Of a stretch of 64,000 nt of DNA, positions 27,100 to 36,257 are shown in pieces. The DNA is from Candidatus Yanofskybacteria bacterium (lineage in GTDB: Bacteria > Patescibacteriota > Minisyncoccia > 2-02-FULL-40-12 > GWA2-44-9). Positions within the stretch are counted from its first letter, which is position 1. The number at the start of each line of letters is the position of its first letter. The stretch is from assembly GCA_020852375.1 (NCBI GenBank), contig JADZAY010000005.1:19814-83813 (forward strand). The letters are read 5' to 3'. The position numbers and the translations under genes are program-made. The notes below the pieces were generated by a model, which did no database searches, was not told where the DNA came from, and saw only the letters and a list, made by a program, of their open reading frames with translations.

Positions 27100-28359
27100 C
27101 TACGGCACGAGCAGTATATACAGGTCGCTCACATTGGAGCCGGTAGGGCCGGTGAAGACCAGGTCGCCGGTTCCTGCGAGGAGGGGTTGTTCATTGAACT
27201 GCTGGAGCATGGTGTCTGGCGAGAATCCGCATGACGTCGCGCGTTCGAGGGTCGAGTCGTCGACGAGTGCTCCAGCGGTATCGCCGTTGTCGCGCCCGTC
27301 GGATGCGATCGCCGCGAATGCCTGACCGTCGGCCAGCATGGTTGCCGCGGTGAGCGCGACGTGCTGATTCCTCCCCCCAATGCCTCCACCAGAGGCGATT
27401 ACGAGGCGCGCTTCGCCGCCAACGAGCACGACCGAGTGTGGTTCGGAGCGCTGGCGCATCATATGGATAAGTTCCTGCGCCGAGCCGGTGAAATCGTTGC
27501 CAATGACCTGCGCGGTGTATCCGAGCGTACGCGCGTGTGCCGCCATCGCATCCAGTGAGACGGTGTTACTTGCGAGCACGATATTCGTGACGTGCTCGAA
27601 GTAGCGGGGCTCTTTCGGCGTTTCACGGAGATCGAACGAGCCGAGCCGATGGCGGTCGATGATCGCCTGTGCGTCGGCGACGGTTGTGTGATCGGGATAG
27701 GTCGGACCGGATGCGACGAGTGCCGGCGCATCGCCAGGAATATCGGAAAAAACGATGCCGATGACCGTCGCTGGATAGAGTAGTTTTGCAAGCCCGCCTC
27801 CTTTTAGACCCGAAATATGCTTCCGAACGGTGTTGAGCTCTTCGATGGTGAGACCGGCGCGATTCGCAGCTTCGTAGAGTCTGACCCCTTGGGCATATTC
27901 GCTCATGGGCCACGCGAGCATCGCTGATCCGCCGCCGGATACGATCACGATAACGAGGTCGTCGGAGCTGACCCCTTCGCACTGCCGTACCAGCCGTTCG
28001 GTAAGCTCGACGTTCCGCTCCGAGGGAAGCGGATGGCTCGCTTCGCAGATGTCGATGGTCTGGCATACGCGGTGCTCGGTTCCGAGCGCGATGCCGTGAT
28101 TCAGGCGATCGCCGAGGATGCGTTCAAGTTCAGCTGCTGCTGCGCAGGAGGCTTTTCCGAATCCGATCGCATGTACGCGGCGGAATGTGCGAAGGTCCCA
28201 CGAGTGCGCGCCGACCGTCAGGATGCTGCCACGGTAGGTGATGGTGCTCCGGACGATCGTTGCGGTATCAATAGCCGCGAGCCCTGCCTCGATGATGTCG
28301 AGCGCGTCGCGCCGCGCCGGTGTCCGCGCGAGGGCGGTGTAGTTCTGAATGCGATGCAT
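27100..28359 (-). CDS. glycerate 2-kinase (MOFRL/GckA family)
   Basis: DUF4147-like N-terminus (FGKASCAAAAELERILG), VIVSGGGSAMLAWP and the C-terminal MOFRL region (VLVGGEARLVIASGGGIGGRNQH); 419 aa. Confidence 0.7.
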   Translation of the reverse strand: MHRIQNYTALARTPARRDALDIIEAGLAAIDTATIVRSTITYRGSILTVGAHSWDLRTFRRVHAIGFGKASCAAAAELERILGDRLNHGIALGTEHRVCQTIDICEASHPLPSERNVELTERLVRQCEGVSSDDLVIVIVSGGGSAMLAWPMSEYAQGVRLYEAANRAGLTIEELNTVRKHISGLKGGGLAKLLYPATVIGIVFSDIPGDAPALVASGPTYPDHTTVADAQAIIDRHRLGSFDLRETPKEPRYFEHVTNIVLASNTVSLDAMAAHARTLGYTAQVIGNDFTGSAQELIHMMRQRSEPHSVVLVGGEARLVIASGGGIGGRNQHVALTAATMLADGQAFAAIASDGRDNGDTAGALVDDSTLERATSCGFSPDTMLQQFNEQPLLAGTGDLVFTGPTGSNVSDLYILLVP

Positions 28360-28365
28360 ACGGAT

Positions 28366-29367
28366 CTAGAGATACGCTTGCTCAGTGCCTGCGATGAAGT
28401 TGGAGATGCTCTGCGCGGTGACGCGGGAGATCTCGAGCATGGCTTCGTCAGTGGAAAATGCGATGTGCGGGGTGATGAGCACGGTGGGGTGGTCGATAAG
28501 GAAATGGTTAGCGGCGAGGAGGCGGTAGTCGACGTCCGGCAGGCGGGCGGTAAGTGCCTCAGTCTCTTCTTTGAGCGCTCGTTCTCCCTCGAGGACATCA
28601 AGTCCGGCGCCGGCAACGGTTCCGCTCGTGATCGCGGCGACCAATGCGTGCGTGTCGATGAGTTCCCCGCGGGCGGTGTTGATGAGGATGACGCCTTTCT
28701 TCATGCGACCGAACGCTTCCGCATTGATGATGTGGTGCGTTTCCGGTGTGTAGGGCATATGCACACTGAGGACGTCGGCTTTGGCAAGCACATCGTCCAG
28801 TGGAGCGTAGGTGAGGGGCGTCGTTGCGGCGAGCTGCTCGTCGGGGTGAATATCGAATGCCAGAACGTTCATACCGAACCCGCGCGCGATACCGCACACG
28901 GTTTTCCCGATGCGTCCGGTTCCGAGAACGCCGATCGTCTTTCCGGACAGGGTGACCCCCTGGAGCTTCCGGATGTCGTAGCTGGTGCCTTCGCGGAGCT
29001 GGTCATAGGCGGGGTAGATGTTTCGAGCCACTGCGAGGAGAAGCGCGAACGCGAATTCGGCTACCGGATGGGCGGCATAGGTGGTCACGTTCGATACTCG
29101 GATACCTTTCTCTTTCGCGTACGCGATATCGATGTGGTCGTAGCCCATCGAGCGCGTTGTGATGAGCTTCAGATTCGGAAGGCCGTCGATGATCGAGCGC
29201 GTGATCTGGGAATTCACGAACACGGAGATGATATCCGCATCGGCAAACTGCGCCGCGGACCGTTCGGTGAGCTTCTCCTCGGAGAACGCGACTGCATGTC
29301 CGGCAGGGATGCTGGATTCGAGGTGTTCCCGCTCGCCTGGCATGATCTCGAAGAAGACGATATGCAT
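28366..29367 (-). CDS. D-isomer-specific 2-hydroxyacid dehydrogenase (D-lactate/glycerate dehydrogenase-like)
   Basis: NAD-binding GVLGTGRIGKTV. Catalytic R/E/H context (ARGELID...HIAFST). Adjacent to a glycerate kinase. Confidence 0.75.
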   Translation of the reverse strand: MHIVFFEIMPGEREHLESSIPAGHAVAFSEEKLTERSAAQFADADIISVFVNSQITRSIIDGLPNLKLITTRSMGYDHIDIAYAKEKGIRVSNVTTYAAHPVAEFAFALLLAVARNIYPAYDQLREGTSYDIRKLQGVTLSGKTIGVLGTGRIGKTVCGIARGFGMNVLAFDIHPDEQLAATTPLTYAPLDDVLAKADVLSVHMPYTPETHHIINAEAFGRMKKGVILINTARGELIDTHALVAAITSGTVAGAGLDVLEGERALKEETEALTARLPDVDYRLLAANHFLIDHPTVLITPHIAFSTDEAMLEISRVTAQSISNFIAGTEQAYL

Positions 29368-29450
29368 CTCCTGTAGTATATCGCGTTTCGCCGTCCACCG
29401 GAACGGAGCACCTGGAAACCCACGACCCTGTTTGCTATGATGAGGCGACC

Positions 29451-30224
29451 ATGAACGAGAACGAACCGATGCTTGCAGAGGGCGGAATGTCCCGCCAAGA
29501 ACGCCGAGAATTGAAACGGCAGCAGCGCCAGTATGCCCCGCTTTTCCAGCGTCGAGGGGTTCGACGCGGACTTCTCTGGGCGGGTGGATTTGCCGTGCTC
29601 GTGCTTATCGGCTGGGGGATGGTGAAGCTTTCGGCGAACGAACCGCTTCCAACGAACGGAAGTGGAAGCGTCCTTTCCATCCCCGTGGGTCCGCAAGACA
29701 ACAGCAAGGGCCCGCAGGACGCCCCGGTCACGCTTGTCGAGTATAGCGACTTCCAGTGCCCTGCATGCGGTGCGTTCGCTCCGGTCGTCGAGCAGTTGTT
29801 GAAAGACCCGGAACTTGTCGGCAAGGTGCGTTTCGTGTATCGCAATTTCCCGCTCTCCAGCATCCATAAGAACGCCGATCTTGCAGCGCAGGCCGGACAG
29901 GCAGCGGCGGCGCAGGGGAAGTTCTGGGAGATGCACGACCTCCTATTCGAGAACCAGACCAAATGGTCCGGGTTATCGTCTTCCGGCGCGCGGGATGCAT
30001 TCATTGGCTTCGCACGCACCATCGGATTAAATGTGGACGCCTTCACGAAAGCGCTCGCGGACAGCGCTGTTGCCGCGCGGGTGAAGGCGGACTTCGACGG
30101 AGGGCTGCAGTCGGGAGTGAACAGCACGCCGACATTCTTCGTGAATGGTACGAAGATGCCGCATCCGCAGAGTCTCGCGCAGTTCAAGCAGTATCTAACC
30201 TCCGCACTCAATGCGACTCCCTAA
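29451..30224 (+). CDS. DsbA-family thiol:disulfide oxidoreductase (membrane-anchored)
   Basis: Thioredoxin-fold CxxC in EYSDFQCPACGAF; N-terminal TM anchor. Confidence 0.7.
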   Translation: MNENEPMLAEGGMSRQERRELKRQQRQYAPLFQRRGVRRGLLWAGGFAVLVLIGWGMVKLSANEPLPTNGSGSVLSIPVGPQDNSKGPQDAPVTLVEYSDFQCPACGAFAPVVEQLLKDPELVGKVRFVYRNFPLSSIHKNADLAAQAGQAAAAQGKFWEMHDLLFENQTKWSGLSSSGARDAFIGFARTIGLNVDAFTKALADSAVAARVKADFDGGLQSGVNSTPTFFVNGTKMPHPQSLAQFKQYLTSALNATP

Positions 30225-30630
30225 ATACCTTGCAATCCTGTTCTGCGTCGCCGCGCTCGTTGGATTCGCCGATGCCGCATACCTGACCGCGCAGCATGTG
30301 CGTGGCGTGATCCCGCCGTGTGTCGTGCTCAACAACTGTGAGCGCGTTCTTACGAGCGCATACGCGAGCATCGGACCCATCCCGGTTGCTGCGCTTGGCG
30401 TGTTCTACTATGGCGCGGTTCTCCTCTTGCTGATCGCGTTCTTCGATACGAAGAATCGCCGGCTCCTGCATATCGCGGCATGGCTCGTGAGCGCGGGCAT
30501 GCTTGCGTCGCTGTACTTCGTGTACGTCCAGCTCTTTATTCTGAACGCGCTTTGTCCATACTGTCTGGTATCGGTGCTGACGACCACGATCATGTTTGCG
30601 GTCTCGGTGCGGATCATGTATCTCGATTAA
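30211..30630 (+). CDS. vitamin K epoxide reductase (VKOR) family protein
   Basis: Loop Cys pair (PPCVVLNNC) and active-site CPYC within the 4th TM helix; 139 aa. Confidence 0.7.
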   Translation: MRLPKYLAILFCVAALVGFADAAYLTAQHVRGVIPPCVVLNNCERVLTSAYASIGPIPVAALGVFYYGAVLLLLIAFFDTKNRRLLHIAAWLVSAGMLASLYFVYVQLFILNALCPYCLVSVLTTTIMFAVSVRIMYLD

Positions 30631-30646
30631 CTCACTTCTTCTGCTT

Positions 30647-31381
30647 ATGGAAGTTCCCGAACAGATGCCGGTCGAGTCGAATGGTACGAAGTTTTCGGTA
30701 AGCGTCTCGGTTGCGGTTCTGATCGCCGCGGCGATGATCTCCGGCTCCATTCTCTATGTTGGTGGCGGGGAGGGCGCGGCGTTGTTCCCCGCGGCTGGGA
30801 AGGCGACCCCGGCCCCGGAGCGGTCCGTCGACCCGACTGCGCTCATCGGCACCGATGATCCGGTGATCGGTGCGAGCAATGCGCCGGTGACGATTGTTGA
30901 GTTCAGCGATTTCCAGTGCCCGTTCTGCCGCTCGTTCTTCACGGAGACGTACAGCAAGATCAAGAAGGACTACATCGATACCGGAAAGGCGCGCCTAGTG
31001 TTCCGAGACTATCCGCTTCCATTCCACGATGCTGCGCGTCCGGCGGCGCTCGCCGCGCAGTGCGCGGATGCGCAGGGGAAGTTCTGGCAGTACCACGACG
31101 CGCTGTTTCAGGAACAGGCAAAGAAGGGACAGGGAACCGTCGCGTTCGGAGCGGCTGAACTGAAGTCATGGGCGGCTCAGATCGGGCTCAACACGACGGC
31201 GTTCGCGACCTGTCTCGATAAAGAGACCTATGCAAAACGCATTAGCGAAGATATGGACGATGCCTCCACTCTTGGCATCACGGGAACCCCGAGCTTCTTC
31301 GTGAACGGAGAGCTCATTGTCGGGGCGCAGCCCTACTCGGTCTTCAAGTCTGCAATCGATAAGGCGCTTGCAGCGCGCTAG
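30647..31381 (+). CDS. DsbA-family thiol:disulfide oxidoreductase (second copy)
   Basis: EFSDFQCPFCRSF CxxC motif; N-terminal TM anchor. Confidence 0.7.
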   Translation: MEVPEQMPVESNGTKFSVSVSVAVLIAAAMISGSILYVGGGEGAALFPAAGKATPAPERSVDPTALIGTDDPVIGASNAPVTIVEFSDFQCPFCRSFFTETYSKIKKDYIDTGKARLVFRDYPLPFHDAARPAALAAQCADAQGKFWQYHDALFQEQAKKGQGTVAFGAAELKSWAAQIGLNTTAFATCLDKETYAKRISEDMDDASTLGITGTPSFFVNGELIVGAQPYSVFKSAIDKALAAR

Positions 31382-31614
31382 CGCACTTGCTCGTCGACGG
31401 TTCGATGCAGCTGCTCTCGGAGCAGCTGCATCGTTTTTTCCCGAACCGTATCCGCGGCGGCAGATCCGTATGATCGGACGACTTCGCTCGCTGAGGCGGT
31501 GATGGTGTCGAAGATGTGGGCGTTCTGTCGAATGCGTTCCGATACCGCCGTGTGCGCGGGGGTTGCCCAGACGAAGACACCGAGTGCGGCGAGGAGCATG
31601 AGTACGTACGCCAT
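31378..31614 (-). CDS. small membrane-anchored hypothetical protein
   Basis: 78 aa with an N-terminal TM helix. Confidence 0.3.
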   Translation of the reverse strand: MAYVLMLLAALGVFVWATPAHTAVSERIRQNAHIFDTITASASEVVRSYGSAAADTVREKTMQLLREQLHRTVDEQVR

Positions 31615-31623
31615 AGATAGGGG

Positions 31624-31983
31624 TTACCGGTTTTCGATGTTTCCTCCTTGCGGGAAGGGCTGGGTGCCGACAAGATCGGGATTGATCGAATTCAGGATGA
31701 GGTATGCCGAGAAAAGCAGAATGACGCCGATGACCGCGTCCTTGATAAGCTGGAGGGGATCCTTGATCTTCAGGGAAGTTTTGATTGGCGGGAACATATA
31801 GGCAAGCCCCGCCAGGAGGAACATGATGAATGCGGCAAGACCGACGATGCGCAGGGAGTAGTCGTAGAGATCGCTGATGACCCTCCCGAGCGGAACCGGT
31901 TGTAACTCGCTGATCGCGAGCGCGGGTTGCCCGACGCACAGGGCGAGGATGCCGATAAGGATGATGAGGAGCGCTCGCGCCAT
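31624..31983 (-). CDS. small 3-TM membrane protein (weak resemblance to VirB2/TrbC-like pilin topology)
   Basis: From the MARALLIILIG... start; hydrophobic helices; no firm motif. Confidence 0.3.
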   Translation of the reverse strand: MARALLIILIGILALCVGQPALAISELQPVPLGRVISDLYDYSLRIVGLAAFIMFLLAGLAYMFPPIKTSLKIKDPLQLIKDAVIGVILLFSAYLILNSINPDLVGTQPFPQGGNIENR

Positions 31984-32072
31984 GGCTGTAGTATACATGA
32001 GGAGGCATGCCCCGCACAGGAGCGTCTATCCACCCCTCTGTTGCGGGCGGTCCGGTTTGGTATACTGAAGGC

Positions 32073-32543
32073 ATGGATACTCCATACTCACGAAGACAGC
32101 TTCTCATCGCAGGGCTTCTGCTCGCAGCGATCGCGTTCGGGATAGGTTTCCTGGTGCGTGGTAACGGGTCATCGTCTGAAACGACCGCGACGCCGACCCC
32201 ATCCGCATCCGCTTCCGTATCGACCCGCCCACGGAGCACCGCAACCCCCGCATATTCACCGAAGTCGTACATCATTCGCATCACCCAGGATGGACCGACG
32301 CCGAAGTCGCTCACCGTCCATACCGGTGATAGCGTCTCGATCATCAATGCGACCGACGCGCTCTACTGGCCGGCGTCCGATCCCCACCCGAGCCATACGA
32401 ATTGCCCCGGGTTCGACGCGAAGCGCGGATTGCAGCGCGGTGATGGATATACGCTGACCTTCAGTGAGAAGCGCACGTGCGGCTACCATAACCACGTGGA
32501 TCCCGCAAATGCCTCTCAGCGCGGGACCATCATCGTGCAGTGA
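32073..32543 (+). CDS. secreted cupredoxin-fold-like protein
   Basis: N-terminal TM/signal, Ser/Thr-rich linker, then VHTGDSVSIINATDALYWPASDPHPSHT...CGYHNHVDP...GTIIVQ (beta-sandwich with His/Cys ligand-like residues). Confidence 0.35.
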   Translation: MDTPYSRRQLLIAGLLLAAIAFGIGFLVRGNGSSSETTATPTPSASASVSTRPRSTATPAYSPKSYIIRITQDGPTPKSLTVHTGDSVSIINATDALYWPASDPHPSHTNCPGFDAKRGLQRGDGYTLTFSEKRTCGYHNHVDPANASQRGTIIVQ

Positions 32544-33892
32544 GCGTCCGGAACATCTCACTACGAGCACTCATCTTGAATGCCACGGCGATCGCCGTGG
32601 TCTTCAACCTGCTGACTCCCGCAGCATCGTATGCGGGCATTACGGAAGAAATCCAGGCGCGTCAGCGGCAGATCGACGAGCTACAGCGGCAGATCGATGA
32701 GTACGAAACGCAAGCGCAGGCCGTCGGCCAAAAGTCGCGTACGCTCGAAAATGAGATTGCCCGGCTGAACGCACAGATCGGGCAGATAGCAGCACAGATA
32801 CGCCAACTCGAGACATCGATCGATCAGACAGGACTCGAGATCACCGAAACAACAAATGACATCGCCGCTGCCGAGCGGAAGATGAACCTCCATCTCGAGG
32901 CGCTCGCGCAGTACATCCGTACGTCCAATGAGATGGACCAGCAAAGTTTTGCGCAGCTCATCCTGCAGAACAATGCGCTTTCAGACTTCTTTGACTACGC
33001 GCAACAGATACAGCGCACCCAGGACAGCTTGCGGATGACCATTCGCTCAATCCGAGACCTGCATGCGCAACTCGACAGCCGTCGCGAGGAGTTGGAAGGT
33101 AAGAAGGGCGAGCTTGAGCGCATGAAAGAGCTTACCGAGATCCAGAAGCGCGATCTTGCGTCCACGAAAGGAGCGAAGAACACCGTACTGAAGGAGACCA
33201 AGGGGCAGGAAGCGAAGTTCCAACAGATCATCAAGAGCAAAAAGCAGGACCTTGCCCGGTTGCGGGAGCAGATCAATTATTTGGTTGCGAGCGGTATCTC
33301 CGTGGAGGATGCCGTGAGTTTTGCACAGCTTGCAGCGATCGGTGCGGGTATCCGTCCTGCGTTCCTTTTGGCGCTCTTGGAGACCGAATCTCGACTCGGG
33401 CGCAATGTGGGAACTGGCAACTGGCAGGATGACATGTATCTGTGCTATCTCCGGCTCGCGAACATCGCCAAGACTGCTGAGCGGAAGCAGTACTACCAAA
33501 ATCGAGCGGAGACCGAAAAGAACGCGTTCCTCGCCGTTATCGGGAAGCTTGGCCTGGACGCGAATGCCGTCAAAGTCTCGAAAGAGCCGTCGTACGGATG
33601 CGGGGGAGCGATGGGTCCTGCGCAGTTCATTCCTTCAACATGGCTCGGCTACGAGTCGGAGGTCATTCGGATTACCGGGCACACGGTTCCGAACCCGTGG
33701 AACTTCCAGGATGCGTTCACAGCTGCAGCGGTTAAACTTGCGCGAGCAGGGGCGAGCAGCAAAGATCGGACCGGGGAGGTTCGCGCCGCGAAGGCATATA
33801 TCAGCGGGAATCCCAGCTGCACGAGTGCGACCTGCACGAACTACGCGAATACGATCCTGAAGAAGGCTGCGGATATCGAGCAAGACCTCTAA
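32540..33892 (+). CDS. exported protein with long N-terminal coiled coil (EnvC-like) and C-terminal SLT-type lytic transglycosylase-like domain
   Basis: Heptad-rich Q/E/R segment of about 220 aa. C-terminal LETESRLG (catalytic ES) and GAMGPAQFIPSTW. Confidence 0.55.
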   Translation: MSVRNISLRALILNATAIAVVFNLLTPAASYAGITEEIQARQRQIDELQRQIDEYETQAQAVGQKSRTLENEIARLNAQIGQIAAQIRQLETSIDQTGLEITETTNDIAAAERKMNLHLEALAQYIRTSNEMDQQSFAQLILQNNALSDFFDYAQQIQRTQDSLRMTIRSIRDLHAQLDSRREELEGKKGELERMKELTEIQKRDLASTKGAKNTVLKETKGQEAKFQQIIKSKKQDLARLREQINYLVASGISVEDAVSFAQLAAIGAGIRPAFLLALLETESRLGRNVGTGNWQDDMYLCYLRLANIAKTAERKQYYQNRAETEKNAFLAVIGKLGLDANAVKVSKEPSYGCGGAMGPAQFIPSTWLGYESEVIRITGHTVPNPWNFQDAFTAAAVKLARAGASSKDRTGEVRAAKAYISGNPSCTSATCTNYANTILKKAADIEQDL

Positions 33893-33954
33893 TGACAAGC
33901 GCGTTCCACATGATATTGTCTTCCCAGAACGTTTCCAATCAGAAAGGAGGGCGC

Positions 33955-35391
33955 ATGCGCGCGACGTTCAGTGTTTTGTCCGTAGCAGTTGCTGCGATGT
34001 TCGTCGGCGCGTGCGCGGCTCACACGGCCCGCACGGTGTTCGTTCCGACGCCAACCGCCGTGGCGGCAGACGTCGATACGATCGATGTGCTTCCGATCCG
34101 TCAGTTTTCGCTGGCCGAGATCGTCGCACCCGTGGTGACCGCGAATCGCGAAGAGGCGCCTCCGTCGTGTGATGTTGCGGCGATCGTTGCGGGGACGTTT
34201 ACCGACTCCCAGCTTCTCGATGCCCCGCTTACCGCGGGAGCCAAACAGTATTCGTATGTCGAGGTGCGCGCAGGGAAGGAAACCTCGTTCAAGGATTACG
34301 AGAAGGATTTCGCTCTGCGCGTACTCGATCCGGCTACCTGCACCACTGAGGTGGTAACGCTTCGAAAGACCTATGCATCTCGCCCGCTTGCCGTTCCGGT
34401 TCGAACCAAGACGGGTACGGTGACGCGCGAACTCCCGCGAACCGTTGCCGTGGCAAAGTCGCCAGCGGGGTGGGATATTTCCGTTGTTCAGCGGAAGAAC
34501 GGCATTGCGTGGAACAACTGGGCTACCACATTCCAGGTCAACGCTCCCGCGAACCGTATCGTAGTCGGCCTGAAATATGTGAAGGTCGAGAAGGTCGTCA
34601 AAGGGAAGCCGATCCTGACGTCCGTACTGTACATCCCGCACAGTGATGAGTTGGTGACTGCGGCCCCCGGTCTGATCGACCATGGCATCGCATACATCAA
34701 AGAACAGGAGCAGCGCGTGAAGGATGATCTGCGCGCTCGCGGTGTGCAGTCTGCAGCGATCCCCGGCATGCTGCTCGCTGATGCGATGGAGCGCTATGCC
34801 GCCGCATACCCACTCCAGCCGCTCCTTCCGATCGAACATACCGATATGGGCGAGTTCATTCTTGATCCGGTGTGGACGGTCAATCGCGTGTACGCCATCA
34901 TTGGCGCGAACCGCGAACAGTTTGCGGCGAATACCTGCAGTCCTGCCGCAGCGTGCGGCCCTCAGCAGTTCATGCCGGCATCGTATCGCATGGTACGCGA
35001 CCGTTTTCCTGCCGCGGGGCTCATCCGCGATGTCGACGAAGGTCGGCGGGACGGTTTCAACAGTATGAAGGCCGCCGCACTGCTCATGGACCTCCAGCTG
35101 AAGACCCTCATCGAGATGCGCGGGGATGCCATCCTGCACGACCCCAACGTCGGAGAGTTGCAGATCGCTGGGTACAACACCGGAGCATCGCGCTCGGCTC
35201 GCGTCTACGGCATTGCCCTTGCGAAAAACATCCTTGAATGGACCGAGGCGCGCGGGAAGCGGTGCAGTCGGGTCACGAAGTGGTCCGAGTGCCTTCTTAC
35301 CGAGACGAAAGGGTATATCGCGAAGTACCGCTACCTCACCCAGCAGTGGCCTCAGGAGCGCACACTTGCCCTCGACGAACAAACCCCGTAG
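33955..35391 (+). CDS. lipoprotein with C-terminal SLT-like domain
   Basis: GAAAGGAGGG RBS. Signal MRATFSVLSVAVAAMFVGAC (lipobox). C-terminal GPQQFMPASY parallels the GPAQFIPSTW of the upstream gene. Strong terminator at 35387-35418. Confidence 0.5.
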   Translation: MRATFSVLSVAVAAMFVGACAAHTARTVFVPTPTAVAADVDTIDVLPIRQFSLAEIVAPVVTANREEAPPSCDVAAIVAGTFTDSQLLDAPLTAGAKQYSYVEVRAGKETSFKDYEKDFALRVLDPATCTTEVVTLRKTYASRPLAVPVRTKTGTVTRELPRTVAVAKSPAGWDISVVQRKNGIAWNNWATTFQVNAPANRIVVGLKYVKVEKVVKGKPILTSVLYIPHSDELVTAAPGLIDHGIAYIKEQEQRVKDDLRARGVQSAAIPGMLLADAMERYAAAYPLQPLLPIEHTDMGEFILDPVWTVNRVYAIIGANREQFAANTCSPAAACGPQQFMPASYRMVRDRFPAAGLIRDVDEGRRDGFNSMKAAALLMDLQLKTLIEMRGDAILHDPNVGELQIAGYNTGASRSARVYGIALAKNILEWTEARGKRCSRVTKWSECLLTETKGYIAKYRYLTQQWPQERTLALDEQTP

Positions 35392-35418
35392 CACGCTACG
35401 GGGTTTCTTTTTGCCTAG
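35387..35418 (+). terminator. rho-independent terminator
   Basis: CCCCGTAGCACGCTACGGGG followed by TTTCTTTTT. Confidence 0.6.
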
Positions 35419-35463
35419 AAAAAGATACAAGCCCTTGCGGGCTTGTATCAGAGCGAAGTCGAG

Positions 35464-35530
35464 GTTACCTCTTCTTCTTCTTTGCTGCAGCCTTCTTTTT
35501 CTTCGGGGCTGCTTTCTTCTTCTTTGCCAT
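35464..35530 (-). CDS. putative 21-aa lysine-rich peptide MAKKKKAAPKKKKAAAKKKKR
   Basis: Complete ATG-to-TAA ORF on the minus strand. A GC hairpin terminator (35420-35455) lies on its 3' side. No clear SD. Confidence 0.2.
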
Positions 35531-35763
35531 GTGGGAACGGTGAGCGATCCAGTCTGACGGCGCCGCGGCGCAGACACACTGCATCGCATCCCTCCTTATG
35601 GGTGTACGACGACGGGCGACCCATCTGTGCTCGAGCGAGTACTGATGTTACCGTCGCTGATACCGATGTGAATGACCAACACCTTCATTATAAGTTTGCA
35701 CGGAGACGTTGCATAGAAAAAAAGTGGATAACTCAAAAATTTTTTCCGTGCTATGCTCGCGCT

Positions 35764-36039
35764 ATGAACGAACAGCATTCACCTGAGCGGCTCACTTCGA
35801 AAGATTTTCAGTTGAGCGTGGAGCGTGTTGATGTTGAGCATGGCCACGTGTATATCGCGGATGGTCCCGTCGTGTGGAAATGGTTTTGGGACAAAGATGC
35901 CGGGCGCGCCATCCTTGTGACGGGTACTGGCAACGAGCAATCGATCGCTCCCGAGAAGCGTATGGCGATGAGGGACCAGGTGCGCAAGATCATGACCGAT
36001 CGTCTTGCCAGAGCGGAGGCGCGCGCGGAGGAGCACTAG
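35764..36039 (+). CDS. hypothetical protein
   Basis: 91 aa from the ATG at 35764; an AT-rich promoter-like region lies upstream. Confidence 0.4.
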   Translation: MNEQHSPERLTSKDFQLSVERVDVEHGHVYIADGPVVWKWFWDKDAGRAILVTGTGNEQSIAPEKRMAMRDQVRKIMTDRLARAEARAEEH

Positions 36040-36257
36040 CGGATCTCAAACACTTTCGTGCGTGATGCGTCGCCCATGACCAGCGATACGCGGCTGGGCG
36101 CGATATGGAGGTGCTGTGCAAGAGCCCTGCGGATCGCAGCCGTAGCTTTTCCGCGTTCCGGGGCTTCGGTGACCCAGATACCATACTCCGAGGGGCCGAG
36201 CTGTTGCATGCGGGCCTGCTTTGCCTTCGGATGAGCGCGCACGGTGATACGGGTCAT
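36036..36257 (-). CDS. DUF167 (YggU/UPF0235) family protein
   Basis: 73 aa. The pattern VRAHPKAKQARM...WVTEAPERGKATAAIRRALAQHL matches YggU-family conservation. Confidence 0.55.
   Translation of the reverse strand: MTRITVRAHPKAKQARMQQLGPSEYGIWVTEAPERGKATAAIRRALAQHLHIAPSRVSLVMGDASRTKVFEIR

Noticed and set aside
31166-32347. 393-aa minus-strand ORF spanning 31166-32347
   Set aside because: It overlaps four better-supported shorter genes on both strands, has extreme Arg/Pro/His composition, and no motif.
33889-35589. 566-aa minus-strand ORF antisense to the SLT-like lipoprotein
   Set aside because: It runs through two terminators and the Lys-rich mini-ORF. The + strand gene has an RBS and lipobox.
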